A DNA stretch of 64,000 nucleotides, taken from sequence record OQ101254.1; one strand, written 5' to 3'. The stretch is from Acinetobacter phage Acba_11. A program made the translations under genes and the position numbers. Shown here piece after piece: positions 45,201 to 55,246 of this stretch (the first letter of the stretch is position 1; every line of letters starts with the position of its first letter). The notes under the pieces were generated by a model. The model was given only the letters and a program-made list of their open reading frames with translations. It was not told where the DNA came from and did not search any database.

Positions 45201-48200
45201 TGATGCACGCACAGCGGCAATTTCTAAACTGAATGATGGTCTCACCACAGAAACGTCTCAGCGCAAGTCAGAAGATGCTGCACTGTTAAACAATATTGAG
45301 ACTTATAAGTCGAGCACCAATGGCACTTTGTCTAGTCTGCAAACGCAAATTAATACCAACGCGACAAATACAAGTGCAAATACATCAAAAATTTCTTCGC
45401 TTGACTCTCGTTTAACCACAAACGAAGGCAAAACCGCAGATGCGATTAATGCAGCGGCAACAGCTCAACAAACTGCCAATACCGCCGTTACTAATGCGGC
45501 AGCAGCAGCTTCGGCAGTTACCTCACTAAAATCAGAGTTGAGTACAGGCAAAGGCATCAACAATATCATTGCGCCTTTTTCTGATCCGCAAGAACTATCA
45601 CCTTACATTATCGGTGCGTCGAGAACCGTTGCCTTAGTAAAATCACCAATGCGTATTAAGGGTAATGCTTATGACGTTACATTTAATGCGGTGGCTGGCA
45701 GTATTTATTTTGGTTCCTCGTCACTAGCAACAGTCAATACTGCGGCGGCAGGTGTTGTCAGTGGCGGAAAGCGTTACATGCTAAGCGCTTATTTAAAGAA
45801 CCTCGATGCCACTAAACAGGCAGATGTTTACTTTACATTGCATTGGTTTAAACGTGCAGCAAACGGCACTTTCACGGCTTCTCAAAGTGTTTTATTAAAT
45901 CAGGCAACTAACAACACACGAGTAACACCTTCAAACGACGGCGGTACAATTAGCTGTAAAGCTGTAGCAGCACCACCAGATGCAGTTGCCTTTGCGGTTA
46001 TCTGTTCTGGCAACGGCGTTTATAACGTCGCTGGTTCACGCATTCTCATTGACATGTTAATGCTTGAAGAGGTCGTTGGTGTCGATGTACCTGCTTCAAC
46101 ATGGACAGCAGGACCAACTGATTTAAGTGCTATTAAATCCGCTCTTGATGCCAATGCTTCTGCTATTAGCAAAATCGATACCCGTGTAACAAATGCCGAA
46201 GGCACCATTACAAGCCAAGGCAATTCAATTACTCAATTGAATAACAGCGTTACGTCAATCAATGGCGAACTTACGAAGAAAGCTGATGCTACGGCTTTAA
46301 ATGCCTTAACCAACCGAGTATCGACAGCAGAAGGCACAATTACAAGTCAAGGCAATTCAATTACGTCTTTACGTAATGATTTAAACGCAACCAATGACAA
46401 GGTTTCGTCAAAAGCGGACTCAAGTGCATTAAATTCCTTAGATTCTAAGGTTACAAGCATTGATGGAAGAGTAACTAGCAATACGAGTGCTGTGACCTCA
46501 TTGCAAGGTCGTGTTTCAACCGTCGAGGGTGGACTTTCATCGAAAGCAGATGCCTCGGCATTAAACAATTACTACACCAAAACAGAGGCGGATTCTGCCG
46601 CTTCTGGCGCAATCGATAAGTTCAACAGTCAATTGACGATCGGCGGAGTAAACGCTGTTGCGAACTCAGAGGCTCCACGTACTTCAACGGCAGCGACTAA
46701 CAAAGAATACTTGCTGTACGAACGCAGCGCCGAATTAAAAACGTTCTATGACGAGAACCTTGAGAAGCCAATCACGATTTCGTTTGAAATGAGCGTTCCT
46801 GTGGCTGGACCAGTTCAAGTTTATTCGTCAAATGGTTCTGCTCACCAATTCGTTACTTCCGTTAACGCGGTTATCGTCAATCAGTTTGCCAAATACTCAG
46901 TAACAGTTAGTCCAAAATCGCACACCGCAAGTACAACTGTTTCAACAATTGAGTTCTATGGAACGTATGGAACTGGTCGTATCCCGACGATTCGTAAATT
47001 ACAAATTGAAGCGGGCACAAAGGCTACCGCTTGGAGTCCAAGCCCTCGTGATACAAAGGCTGCAATTGACGCCAATGCTTCTGCAATTCAAACGACCCAA
47101 ACAAAAGTTGACAATATCGATGGTCGGCTAACCACTGCTACAGATTCGATTACGTCACTAAATTCGCGCATGTCTACAGCCGAAGGGAATATCAACAGCA
47201 CAAATACTGCGGTTGGTGGACTTTCGACACGCATGGCAACCGCTGAGGGCAAGATCACCAATCAAAGTGATTCAATTGCATCGCTACAAAATAGCGTCAC
47301 CTCAATCAATGGAACACTGGCAAACAAAGCCGATTCAAGCGCGGTCAATAACTTAACTAGCCGAGTGGAAACAGCCGAGGGCAAGATTTCAAGTCAAAGC
47401 GGGCAGATTACTTCGCTTAGCAATAGCCTTGATCTAACAAACAGCAACTTGAACGACGTAAATGTTCTGGCGCGACTGTTATCGCTTGGTAAGCCTCTAC
47501 GCGAGGATCCAACTTTTAAAACTACCTCTTCGGGCGGTTTGTCTGCATACAATTTCCCTGCGGGAACCTCATGGATTAAGCAAGCCAAGTCAACAGACAA
47601 CCCAACTGGCTCAACCCATGAAATGCTTATTAAGGCAACTCAAGCGTTGGGTGGTGGTTGGTATCCAACTGCTCCAACGCTCGTGCTTACTGCTAATAAG
47701 ACATTCTTAATTAACCAAATTATTAAGATGCCAGTAGGCACGAGATTGCTACCTGTAGGTAACACCACTGGTACGGGTGGTTATATCAGAATCTTGGGTA
47801 ACGATCTTGGGACTGGCAAATTTGAAACGTACTACTCGGTCGTTCAGGGTGGATCTGACTTAAGCAGCTCTATTCAGGGTCATTTCCGTGTAATTGCTGG
47901 GACCAACCCGCCAGTACCAACCGTTGATAGTCCAGTTTTTGTAATCCTCGCTTCATACGAAGTGTTTGATGTTACGGCTGTAAATGACACCATTCCAAAA
48001 GCGTATAGCGATGCTATTGCAGCCAATGCGAATGCTATTAACACGATCTCAAACGCCGTCAGCCAGCAAGGCAATACAATTGCTTCTCACAGCAATTCGA
48101 TTACCCAACTCAACAACAGCATTACTAGCATTAATGGCGCACTTTCGAATAAAGCGGACGCGAGTGCATTACAGTCATTGGATTCAAAAGTAACGCTAAT

Positions 48201-51200
48201 CGATGGCAAAGTTACTTCAAATTCATCGGCCTTAACGGCTTTACAAAGCAGCTTTGAGGGAATTCCAAATCAAGGCGTGAATCTGCTCGGCCCTGAAATT
48301 TCCAACCCAATCGAAAAGCCAAATTGGATTTCAGGCCTTCCATTTGAAGTTATTCAATCACCAGATACGGTGAATGTGCGTGCGTTCCAATTCACGATGA
48401 CTGCTAACACCACTAGCGGCACTTACTTCAATATTGGCGGTGGTCAAGTGCCTCGCCAATGGTTAACTGAAGGCAAATATATCTTTAGTTTTGTTGCTAA
48501 AACAGTTGATGGTGCGCCACCCCACCCGATTGACTGGGTAATGTACAACGTTAGCACTACTCGCCAACGTTTCAATATTACAGCGACATTAACTCGTTAC
48601 AGTGCGGTATTCACCGTTCCTGCCGGCGGCGCGGCAGCATGTATGTTGTTGTACGGAAATCCTGCTGGCAAACCTGCTGGCCAAGTTATCAATATCGAAA
48701 GAATGATGCTTGAACGCCAAGTCGGCAACAACACCACGCCTTCGACTTGGATTGCAGGGTCAGATCCAACTGGAATGATCATTTCCACTCAAGCAAAAGC
48801 GACTGACCTGTTCAATACAGCCACGAATCAAAATAATGCAACTGCGGGACGTGTTACTAGCCTCGAAAGTCGCATGACAACCACAGAAGGCAATTTAAGC
48901 AAAAAGGCTGATGCTTCTGCGCTTCAAAACCTCGACACGAAAGTTACGAATGTCGATGGCAAGGTAACGTCAAATACCAACGCTATCACCTCGCTCAATT
49001 CCGCGTTAAGCAATGCCACATCAAGTATTTCAATGAATGCGGGTAATGCACAGGGCGATTGGACATTCTTTAATACGTCAGGCGAATACTCAATTGTTGC
49101 ACAAGCGGACGGACAAGCTGGTCGAGTTATTCAACTGGGTAACAACGCGGGCAATGACATTGTTTGGATGCATCCAAACAACTTCATTCCGTTTGACGCA
49201 ACCAAAACATATCGCTTACGAGTGCGTTATCGCCGTCGTGCAGGCAATGGCACCATTTATGTCGGTGTCTCGCAGAAAACCCCAGACAAGGCACTATACG
49301 TAACAACAGCCAACGCATTATCGGGCGACATGGGATCTTCTAACTATGTCGTTAATGCCCACGCGCCTGCGATCGATGAATGGCAAGAAATCGTTGCGTA
49401 TATCAAAGGTCGATCAGCAGGAGCGGCATCAGGTTCAGGCTCAAAAACAAGCCCACGTACTGTTTCACAACAAGCAGGCTTCATCACGCCGATGTTTATT
49501 GCAAACTATTCGGCGCAAACGGGCATTGTTGAGCTTGATTACCTAATTCTGGAAGATGCAGAGGCAATTGTTGCCAATGATGCAAATGCATCAGCGATTA
49601 GCGCTCTTGATACCAAAGTATCAGAAGTTGATGGACGCTTAACGACAGCAACAAATTCAATCACTTCGCTTAACTCTCGTATGAGTGCAGCAGAAGGGAA
49701 TATCTCAGCGGCAAACTCGGCTCTAAGCGGGCTTTCGACAAGAATGACGGCTGCTGAAAATGGTTTAACAAATCAAAGCAACGCGATTACTAATTTAAGT
49801 AACAGCTTGACGGTTACAACCAATACAGCCAACGCTGCATTGCCAAAGATTCAGGGCGGCACTGGCGCAGCTAAGTTATTTAGAGGCGTGCTGGTGTGGC
49901 AACAAAACGGCGCAAATCTAACTGGCAATATCGTAATCCAAACGCCAATTACGTTCACAAATAAAATGTTCCGACTTTCACTTACTGGCTATAACTACTT
50001 GGCCGCTAAGAATGAAATTAATCTGAACATTGGGGGTTATGCATATTCGGGCACCTCTCTACTTCAACATGGTGTAGTGAATTCGGGCACCATGCCAATT
50101 CGAGTTCGCATGGGCGTCCGTAATGGCACAGTAGTCATTATTTTGACGTCCCAAGCGCCCGGTGCTTATTGGCAGTATCCAAAATTCAACATTGATGCCG
50201 AAATCGGCTATACAACTCCGCCAGACGAATGGATGAATGGTTGGTCTGCAAGCTTCATGGCAGAGGCAGACCTCGCATCTAATGGCATTTCGGCGATCAT
50301 TGAGCCGTCTTTATTAGACATTTCAACAACGCTTAATGCCACTGCATCTGCAATTAGCAATCTGACAAATACTGTGTCTCAACAGGGTAATACAATTACT
50401 TCACAAAGTAATTCTATTACCACCTTAACCAACAAGATTACTAACAACGATTTATCGAATCTTGTTCTTAATCCTGATTTCGTAGACCCGAAAAGCGATT
50501 GGACATCTGGCGTAATTGTTGATGCGACTGACGCAGCACCTAACCCGCCTTCTCCAAAAGCATTAAGACTGAATAACCGCGATAGTTATTACGGTCCTTT
50601 TGTCAAATGTAATGTTGGCGACATGTTCTACGTTTCGGCTTGGTTTGCAACGCCAAATACATCAGTAATCGCTTCTGCTGTACTTGGTTTCAATACTCGA
50701 AACAGTGCAGGTACTTATACTTGGTATAGTGTTGCCGTCAAGTCTACAGATAAAAATGCTTGGGGTATGGTGGAAGGTTATTTCACTGTGCCAAATGGCA
50801 TGGTTGAAATTCGACCTTGGCTTCAAGTAAGTATTGCTGCGTCAGAGGCAGCGGGGCAGCAATGGCATGTTACGAACATTCAAGTACGTAACATTACAGG
50901 TAATAAGAAATTAGCAACCGACTTGCAAGCAACCTCGTCTGCATTAAGTACGCTTGATTCCAAAGTTGCAAACATTGACGGCCGTGTAACTTCCGCATCT
51001 AACAATATTGTTTCGCTCAACAATAGCGTCACAAACATCAATGCCGCACTTTCTCAGAAAGCGGATGCGGCGGCATTGAATTCCCTTTCTAACCGTGTAA
51101 CCACTGCCGAAGGGAATATCACTAGTCAGGGTAATTCAATTACCTCATTGACCAACTCGTTAGCTGTGAGCGGAAAGGCGGGCACAAACCTTCTCATCAA

Positions 51201-52722
51201 GTCAAATCAAGTCGGTACATATGATGGTGTCTCTTATCCGCATCACACCTACAAACTCGGTGAAGATTGGGAAATTGGGGCTACCTATACTTTAATTTGG
51301 TGCGCTGAACATAAACGAGGGACTGGTGATACAAACTCATCACTTGCTGTATACGCAGGTGGTGGCTCACAACATCTACAAGCCGTAGTAAATACGAATG
51401 GTAAGGTTGTCAGCAAAGTTACCTTTGTTAAAAACAGCGCAGTTGCCTCTGGCCCAATTATCCACTTCTACATGCTCAACCGTCCGACAGCCGACAAGGG
51501 TAGCGTTGGTACGGTTTATTGGGCAGTTCTTGTTAAAGGCGATGTACTCACTACGGACGCGTGGATTCCGAGCCCATATGATTACATCCCTGATAGCAAT
51601 GCAAACGCTTCTGCTATCGCAAATCTCACTAATACAGTAAGTCAGCAAGGCAATACTATTACCTCAAATAGCAGCAGCATTACCTCGCTAAACAATAGCA
51701 TCACCAATATTAACAGCACATTAGCAACAAAAGCAGATAGTTCTGCGCTTACAAACCTCGCAAGCCGCGTAACCGCAACAGAAGGTGCAATTACATCCCA
51801 CGGCTCAAGCATTACTTCACTGAATGCATCTGTGAATGGTTTATTAAAGGATGTTTCAGTATCCGATACGCGGTCAACAAATCAGCCGCCGTCATGGTAC
51901 TGGTCAAACTATCCATTACGTATCGTTCGCGAGTTCAAACAAGCATCTGTGCTAGGTTTAACTGGCATGGGCACTTATGTCTCTCTTGAAACATACGTTT
52001 ATTGGACTGACGCATCTGGTGGCCCAATTATTCAAATTGCACGCGGCACAGATTCGAAACTTACTGCTGAACGTCGTAGTGCGAGTACAGCGGCATGGAG
52101 TACATGGACACAAGATATAAAAGCAATAAGTGATGGGCTTGCAAATAAGGCTGAAGCATCCGCACTTTCATCACTTGACTCGAAAGTGTCGGTTATTGAT
52201 GGGAAAGTTTCTACTCAGGCCTCAAGTATTACTACACTGCAAACTACAGTTGGTGGTAATACAGCCTCTATTCAATCTCAACAACAATCAATTGATGGCC
52301 TGAAAGCAAGAGCAACATTGAAGCTGCAATCCGGCAATTTGGTTGGTGGCGTTGGCATTGAGAATGACAGCAAAACAGTCGATTTCATCATCCAAGCTAA
52401 TAAGTTTGCAATTGGTGCGCCTTCAACTGTTTCCGGCTCTGTGACGCCTAAATATGCATTCGTCTATCAATCAACAGCAACAACTCTGCCGAATGGGACA
52501 GTGATTCCTGCTGGCTTGTACTTAGACAGCGCGTCTATTAGCTATATCAACGCCAACAAAATTTATGCAGATAGTTTAAGTGCTATTAGTGCAAATCTTG
52601 GTACCTTTACCTCATTGGCAGATCAATCAAAACCAAATGGTGCTAGGACTGTAATTAGTGGTGAGAGGATCGAAGTTTACGACGAAAACAATGTTATGCG
52701 TGTACGGATTGGGAGATGGTAA
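42253..52722 (+). CDS. giant host-specificity/tail fibre protein (lambda gpJ-like N-terminal ~1000 aa plus ~2500-aa repetitive fibre)
   Basis: 3489 aa; position after I. Dozens of ~35-aa periodic repeats (NASAIS..DTRVT.AEG.ITSQGNSITSLNN...KADASALNSL) alternate with non-repetitive globular segments. Confidence 0.85.
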   Translation: MAIVKGAKKGKGEARKPVVAPDSAQSKTYIKILYGLGEGEIEGLANGNQSIFLEGTPLQDANGNLNYSNVKLDFRKGTNDQDYIEGFPSVESETAVDVELKSGAPWVRAFNNIDLDAVRIRLKWGPLRQQDSSTGDVSGITIEYAIDIQTDGGAWTEVLKTKISDKTSANYERAHRIDLPKADSGWLIRVRRITPNSTSEFVSDKMYVEAFTEVVDAKLRYPNTALLGLQYDAETFGNVAKLAVDLKGRLLLVPTNYNPQTRQYTGIWDGTFKRAYTNNPAWIYYDLCTNDRYGLGNRLTPFMIDKWSLYRLAQYCDQSVSDGLGGQEPRFTCNVYIQNAEDAFSILMKLAGVFRAIAFWDGTSIICDADIPQDTYFTYTRANVVGGVFEYSGTRARDRHNVVKVAWDNPANHYKTEYEFVRDENAIAESGQVRILELDAWGCTSRGQAQRAGHWALKSEQKETRTVSFKVGLDGHIPLPGRVIEIADELFAGRANGGRVSKISADLKSITIDRDDVIAKAGDRLVINGENGKAQTRIVQSISGRVITVTLPFDENSIAVQNVWVLDAQDLATMKFRVISISQEEKHQFSITALQYNPQKFDEIDNGAFFEDAPISIINPSIQEPVKDVLITTESRVDQGINITTMIVSWMQAKGAVKYLVEWRKDDGSWIRLPQTGNNSVEVPGVYSGQYQARVTAISAFEIASLPVTSSLTEITGKQGLPPKIAFIRATGILFGMKLDWGFPPTGAKDTAYTEIEVSPDGINNIAQLGLFAYPTTTTTIQGLQPNLRQFYRGRLIDRIGNVGPWSEWVNGTTTADPEAVLDLISGHINESDLAQELQGKIENSVDVSEAAQAAANNAQAVASSAQTAANNAQAVASEAKTAASSAQSAATTAQTQASSAQKIANDASVIATNAKNTADQAAEDASSAITAAAEAKTTATNANTTATNAQTTANNASSAASKVASDLTTSTNQLNKKIADETDARTAAISKLNDGLTTETSQRKSEDAALLNNIETYKSSTNGTLSSLQTQINTNATNTSANTSKISSLDSRLTTNEGKTADAINAAATAQQTANTAVTNAAAAASAVTSLKSELSTGKGINNIIAPFSDPQELSPYIIGASRTVALVKSPMRIKGNAYDVTFNAVAGSIYFGSSSLATVNTAAAGVVSGGKRYMLSAYLKNLDATKQADVYFTLHWFKRAANGTFTASQSVLLNQATNNTRVTPSNDGGTISCKAVAAPPDAVAFAVICSGNGVYNVAGSRILIDMLMLEEVVGVDVPASTWTAGPTDLSAIKSALDANASAISKIDTRVTNAEGTITSQGNSITQLNNSVTSINGELTKKADATALNALTNRVSTAEGTITSQGNSITSLRNDLNATNDKVSSKADSSALNSLDSKVTSIDGRVTSNTSAVTSLQGRVSTVEGGLSSKADASALNNYYTKTEADSAASGAIDKFNSQLTIGGVNAVANSEAPRTSTAATNKEYLLYERSAELKTFYDENLEKPITISFEMSVPVAGPVQVYSSNGSAHQFVTSVNAVIVNQFAKYSVTVSPKSHTASTTVSTIEFYGTYGTGRIPTIRKLQIEAGTKATAWSPSPRDTKAAIDANASAIQTTQTKVDNIDGRLTTATDSITSLNSRMSTAEGNINSTNTAVGGLSTRMATAEGKITNQSDSIASLQNSVTSINGTLANKADSSAVNNLTSRVETAEGKISSQSGQITSLSNSLDLTNSNLNDVNVLARLLSLGKPLREDPTFKTTSSGGLSAYNFPAGTSWIKQAKSTDNPTGSTHEMLIKATQALGGGWYPTAPTLVLTANKTFLINQIIKMPVGTRLLPVGNTTGTGGYIRILGNDLGTGKFETYYSVVQGGSDLSSSIQGHFRVIAGTNPPVPTVDSPVFVILASYEVFDVTAVNDTIPKAYSDAIAANANAINTISNAVSQQGNTIASHSNSITQLNNSITSINGALSNKADASALQSLDSKVTLIDGKVTSNSSALTALQSSFEGIPNQGVNLLGPEISNPIEKPNWISGLPFEVIQSPDTVNVRAFQFTMTANTTSGTYFNIGGGQVPRQWLTEGKYIFSFVAKTVDGAPPHPIDWVMYNVSTTRQRFNITATLTRYSAVFTVPAGGAAACMLLYGNPAGKPAGQVINIERMMLERQVGNNTTPSTWIAGSDPTGMIISTQAKATDLFNTATNQNNATAGRVTSLESRMTTTEGNLSKKADASALQNLDTKVTNVDGKVTSNTNAITSLNSALSNATSSISMNAGNAQGDWTFFNTSGEYSIVAQADGQAGRVIQLGNNAGNDIVWMHPNNFIPFDATKTYRLRVRYRRRAGNGTIYVGVSQKTPDKALYVTTANALSGDMGSSNYVVNAHAPAIDEWQEIVAYIKGRSAGAASGSGSKTSPRTVSQQAGFITPMFIANYSAQTGIVELDYLILEDAEAIVANDANASAISALDTKVSEVDGRLTTATNSITSLNSRMSAAEGNISAANSALSGLSTRMTAAENGLTNQSNAITNLSNSLTVTTNTANAALPKIQGGTGAAKLFRGVLVWQQNGANLTGNIVIQTPITFTNKMFRLSLTGYNYLAAKNEINLNIGGYAYSGTSLLQHGVVNSGTMPIRVRMGVRNGTVVIILTSQAPGAYWQYPKFNIDAEIGYTTPPDEWMNGWSASFMAEADLASNGISAIIEPSLLDISTTLNATASAISNLTNTVSQQGNTITSQSNSITTLTNKITNNDLSNLVLNPDFVDPKSDWTSGVIVDATDAAPNPPSPKALRLNNRDSYYGPFVKCNVGDMFYVSAWFATPNTSVIASAVLGFNTRNSAGTYTWYSVAVKSTDKNAWGMVEGYFTVPNGMVEIRPWLQVSIAASEAAGQQWHVTNIQVRNITGNKKLATDLQATSSALSTLDSKVANIDGRVTSASNNIVSLNNSVTNINAALSQKADAAALNSLSNRVTTAEGNITSQGNSITSLTNSLAVSGKAGTNLLIKSNQVGTYDGVSYPHHTYKLGEDWEIGATYTLIWCAEHKRGTGDTNSSLAVYAGGGSQHLQAVVNTNGKVVSKVTFVKNSAVASGPIIHFYMLNRPTADKGSVGTVYWAVLVKGDVLTTDAWIPSPYDYIPDSNANASAIANLTNTVSQQGNTITSNSSSITSLNNSITNINSTLATKADSSALTNLASRVTATEGAITSHGSSITSLNASVNGLLKDVSVSDTRSTNQPPSWYWSNYPLRIVREFKQASVLGLTGMGTYVSLETYVYWTDASGGPIIQIARGTDSKLTAERRSASTAAWSTWTQDIKAISDGLANKAEASALSSLDSKVSVIDGKVSTQASSITTLQTTVGGNTASIQSQQQSIDGLKARATLKLQSGNLVGGVGIENDSKTVDFIIQANKFAIGAPSTVSGSVTPKYAFVYQSTATTLPNGTVIPAGLYLDSASISYINANKIYADSLSAISANLGTFTSLADQSKPNGARTVISGERIEVYDENNVMRVRIGRW

Positions 52723-53046
52723 ATGCCCACAGGAATGATAATAAATTCTGAATCAGGGGAAGTTGTTTTTGATGGAACTGTGAAGATCCCTAAAATACTA
52801 GGGAAGGTTCTAATCGAGAATGGACAAACTTCAGCAGTATTAAACCTTAACAAGCCACTTGATGGCACGATGTTTTTTATTCCAAAAGGATTAGCAACTA
52901 CAGTCGATTCAATCTATGCCCCTTTGGGAATTAACTATGAAGTAAGTCTTAGTTCTAACAAGCAGGTTGTAACGGTTAAATACATCGCGACCAGTGAGCA
53001 GCCAAAAGCAGGGACTGATTTTGAAGTTTATATTGGTGAATATTGA
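52723..53046 (+). CDS. hypothetical protein after tail fibre
   Basis: ATG overlaps the J stop (TAAATG). Confidence 0.5.
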   Translation: MPTGMIINSESGEVVFDGTVKIPKILGKVLIENGQTSAVLNLNKPLDGTMFFIPKGLATTVDSIYAPLGINYEVSLSSNKQVVTVKYIATSEQPKAGTDFEVYIGEY

Positions 53047-53771
53047 TGGATAACTATTTCTTAGTAAAGAATGACTTCATAAATGCTATTGATGATGACT
53101 ATTTCAATCTTGCATTTATTAGAAAACAACGTTTTAACTTCACATCTGAACCTGGGATTACCTATTACTATCGTACTTTTGAAGTAGATATAACAGGGAT
53201 AGATTTTCCTGTTATTGCAATTAGTTGTGTTTGTCCTTCTGCTTATTTAAGTATGAAAGCCAATACGCTTTCTATTGTTTGCTCAGCAAGTAATTATGAT
53301 GGTGTGGCTAATTCAGTTAGCAATTTAAATAATTCATCTAAGTATTTAGATGTGTTTGTTTTTGGTCGATTGCCTAGAAGCAGTATTCCAGAACATGGTA
53401 TTGGTGTAGTCTGTTTAGATGCATCAAGTAAAGTAGTTTATTACAGTGGTGCAGAGTATTTGAAACCCATAAAAATGTTTATTGATCCCAATACTTATCG
53501 ACCAATGTTTAATTCAAACTACAATACTCAGGTCGAGTATTTGCCGATTGGCAAGTCTTATGCATGTATTCCCTTAAATAGAGTAAATACTGTTTATTCG
53601 GAGTGGACGCCTGAAGGTCAAGATGTCATAGCAATGTCATCAGTTTGTGCTATTGAGGGCAATACTATTACTTATACCTCAAATCAGGTGCAAGTCGCAC
53701 AAGATATTAGTGCTGTTTACAATGGATATTGTAGACATATGTACATGTTAATCGATGTATCGAACTATTAA
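53043..53771 (+). CDS. hypothetical protein (tail-fibre-associated position)
   Basis: Coupled to the previous gene. Confidence 0.5.
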   Translation: MMDNYFLVKNDFINAIDDDYFNLAFIRKQRFNFTSEPGITYYYRTFEVDITGIDFPVIAISCVCPSAYLSMKANTLSIVCSASNYDGVANSVSNLNNSSKYLDVFVFGRLPRSSIPEHGIGVVCLDASSKVVYYSGAEYLKPIKMFIDPNTYRPMFNSNYNTQVEYLPIGKSYACIPLNRVNTVYSEWTPEGQDVIAMSSVCAIEGNTITYTSNQVQVAQDISAVYNGYCRHMYMLIDVSNY

Positions 53772-53787
53772 TAAACCTTTAATTATC

Positions 53788-53812
53788 AGCACCCAATTCG
53801 GGTGCTTTTTTA
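53788..53812 (+). terminator. rho-independent terminator
   Basis: AGCACCC aatt CGGGTGCT followed by T6 then AATGCC. Confidence 0.6.
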
Positions 53813-53838
53813 ATGCCTAAAAATATCTGGAGAAATTT

Positions 53839-54228
53839 ATGGAACCAGTTTCCACTAGCGGTTTTACAGCACTTTTAAAATTATATGGGATTGCAATCAT
53901 GGTGACTTTAGCAGTCGGTTTGGTTGCAGCAGTTGTATTAATGACTCGTATGCCACGCTCACCACAAGAGTGGGCAGTTGGTTTGATCTGTACGGTTGTA
54001 TCAAGTTTGGCTGGCGGCTCATTCATTATTGTGAAGTGGGGACTTCATGAATGGGTTACTGATGTATGGGGGATGATTGCTCTAGGTGGGTTCTTCTTTG
54101 TTTGTGGTTTACCCGGTTGGGCTTTAGTCCGTTGGATTTTTAATTTTATAGATAAACAGGAAGGTAAAACGATCGTTGAAGTGATCAAAGAGTTTAAGAA
54201 TGCCAGAAAAGACATTGAAAACAGTTAA
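53839..54228 (+). CDS. putative holin (3 TM segments)
   Basis: 129 aa with three hydrophobic helices and a charged C-terminus; directly upstream of the endolysin. Confidence 0.55.
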   Translation: MEPVSTSGFTALLKLYGIAIMVTLAVGLVAAVVLMTRMPRSPQEWAVGLICTVVSSLAGGSFIIVKWGLHEWVTDVWGMIALGGFFFVCGLPGWALVRWIFNFIDKQEGKTIVEVIKEFKNARKDIENS

Positions 54229-54230
54229 TA

Positions 54231-54253
54231 CCGCCTTCGGGCGGTTTTTTTAT
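54231..54253 (+). terminator. rho-independent terminator
   Basis: ACCGCC ttcg GGCGGT followed by T7. Confidence 0.6.
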
Positions 54254-54270
54254 ATCTGAAGGAAACCGAA

Positions 54271-54813
54271 ATGAATATTGAAAAATATCTTGATGAATTA
54301 ATTAAGCGTGAAGGCGGGTATGTAAATAACCCAGCTGATCGGGGCGGTGCAACTAAATATGGCATCACACAAGCTGTTGCGCGTGAAAATGGCTGGAATG
54401 GCAATATGAAAGATTTGCCGCTTGATGTGGCCAAAGCTATTTACAAGAAGCAATACTGGACAGCTCCGCGATTTGACCAAGTAAATACAATCAGCTCAGC
54501 AGTGGCCGAAGAGCTTCTAGACACTGGTGTGAATTGCGGTACCGGCTTTGCAAAACCTCTTTTACAACGAGCTTTGAACTTACTAAACAACCAAGGTAAA
54601 GCTGGATATGCAGATTTAGAGGTTGATGGTGTTTATGGATCTGAAACTCTTAGAGCTCTAAAAACATACTTGTCAAAACGTGGGAAAGAAGGTGAGAAGG
54701 TTCTGGTGCGAGTGCTCAATATTATGCAAGGGCAACGCTACATTGAAATCTGTGAGCGTAATCCAAAGCAGGAACAGTTTTTCTATGGCTGGATTGCTAA
54801 CCGGATCGGCTAG
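54271..54813 (+). CDS. endolysin: GH108 lysozyme-like domain + PG_binding_3 domain
   Basis: N-terminal EGGYVNNPADRGGATKYGIT is the GH108 signature; C-terminal peptidoglycan-binding repeat. Confidence 0.8.
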   Translation: MNIEKYLDELIKREGGYVNNPADRGGATKYGITQAVARENGWNGNMKDLPLDVAKAIYKKQYWTAPRFDQVNTISSAVAEELLDTGVNCGTGFAKPLLQRALNLLNNQGKAGYADLEVDGVYGSETLRALKTYLSKRGKEGEKVLVRVLNIMQGQRYIEICERNPKQEQFFYGWIANRIG

Positions 54814-54814
54814 C

Positions 54815-54952
54815 ATGAAAATCTTTCACAGTAAGCGAACTAAGTTTGCTTCGATTATTACTGTGCTGTGTATTCTATTATCGGGCTGCACAGCCCATAC
54901 GATCAAAAATAATATTAGAGTCAGCATTTGCGTACAGTGTGTTGTTAATTGA
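54815..54952 (+). CDS. small lipoprotein (45 aa), o-spanin-like or truncated spanin
   Basis: ATG overlaps the lysin stop; ...ITVLCILLSGC is a classic lipobox (LSGC); the mature part is only ~20 aa. Confidence 0.4.
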   Translation: MKIFHSKRTKFASIITVLCILLSGCTAHTIKNNIRVSICVQCVVN

Positions 54953-55132
54953 CATTTTGTACCAACTACCTAAGGTTGGCCAAAGCAGCTGCAGTATTTG
55001 GCCAACTTCTCGATATTAATTTAAGTTATTGAAAAATAGTAACTAGAGAAAAAATAACATTTATGTTTGATTGGCATTTTGTATCAAAAAATAGAAGAGT
55101 AATTAAAATAGCCTTTTTCTTCTGAGAATAAT

Positions 55133-55182
55133 TTTGCGCAAAAATATCAATATTAAGCAAATATGAGCATAAATTTGCGCAA
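55133..55182. promoter_or_regulatory. two copies of palindrome TTTGCGCAAA in the AT-rich inter-prophage junction; candidate att/IHF-region element
   Basis: TTTGCGCAAA at 55133-42 and TTTGCGCAAT at 55174-83. Confidence 0.3.
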
Positions 55183-55246
55183 TACACTTAACTTACTTGA
55201 ACGATGGATTGATGTATCATTATTAAAATTACTTTGAATTATTGTT

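Noticed and set aside
42774-52868. Numerous short ORFs on both strands inside the giant fibre gene
   Set aside because: They are repeat-driven frame artefacts within one continuous 10.5-kb ORF.
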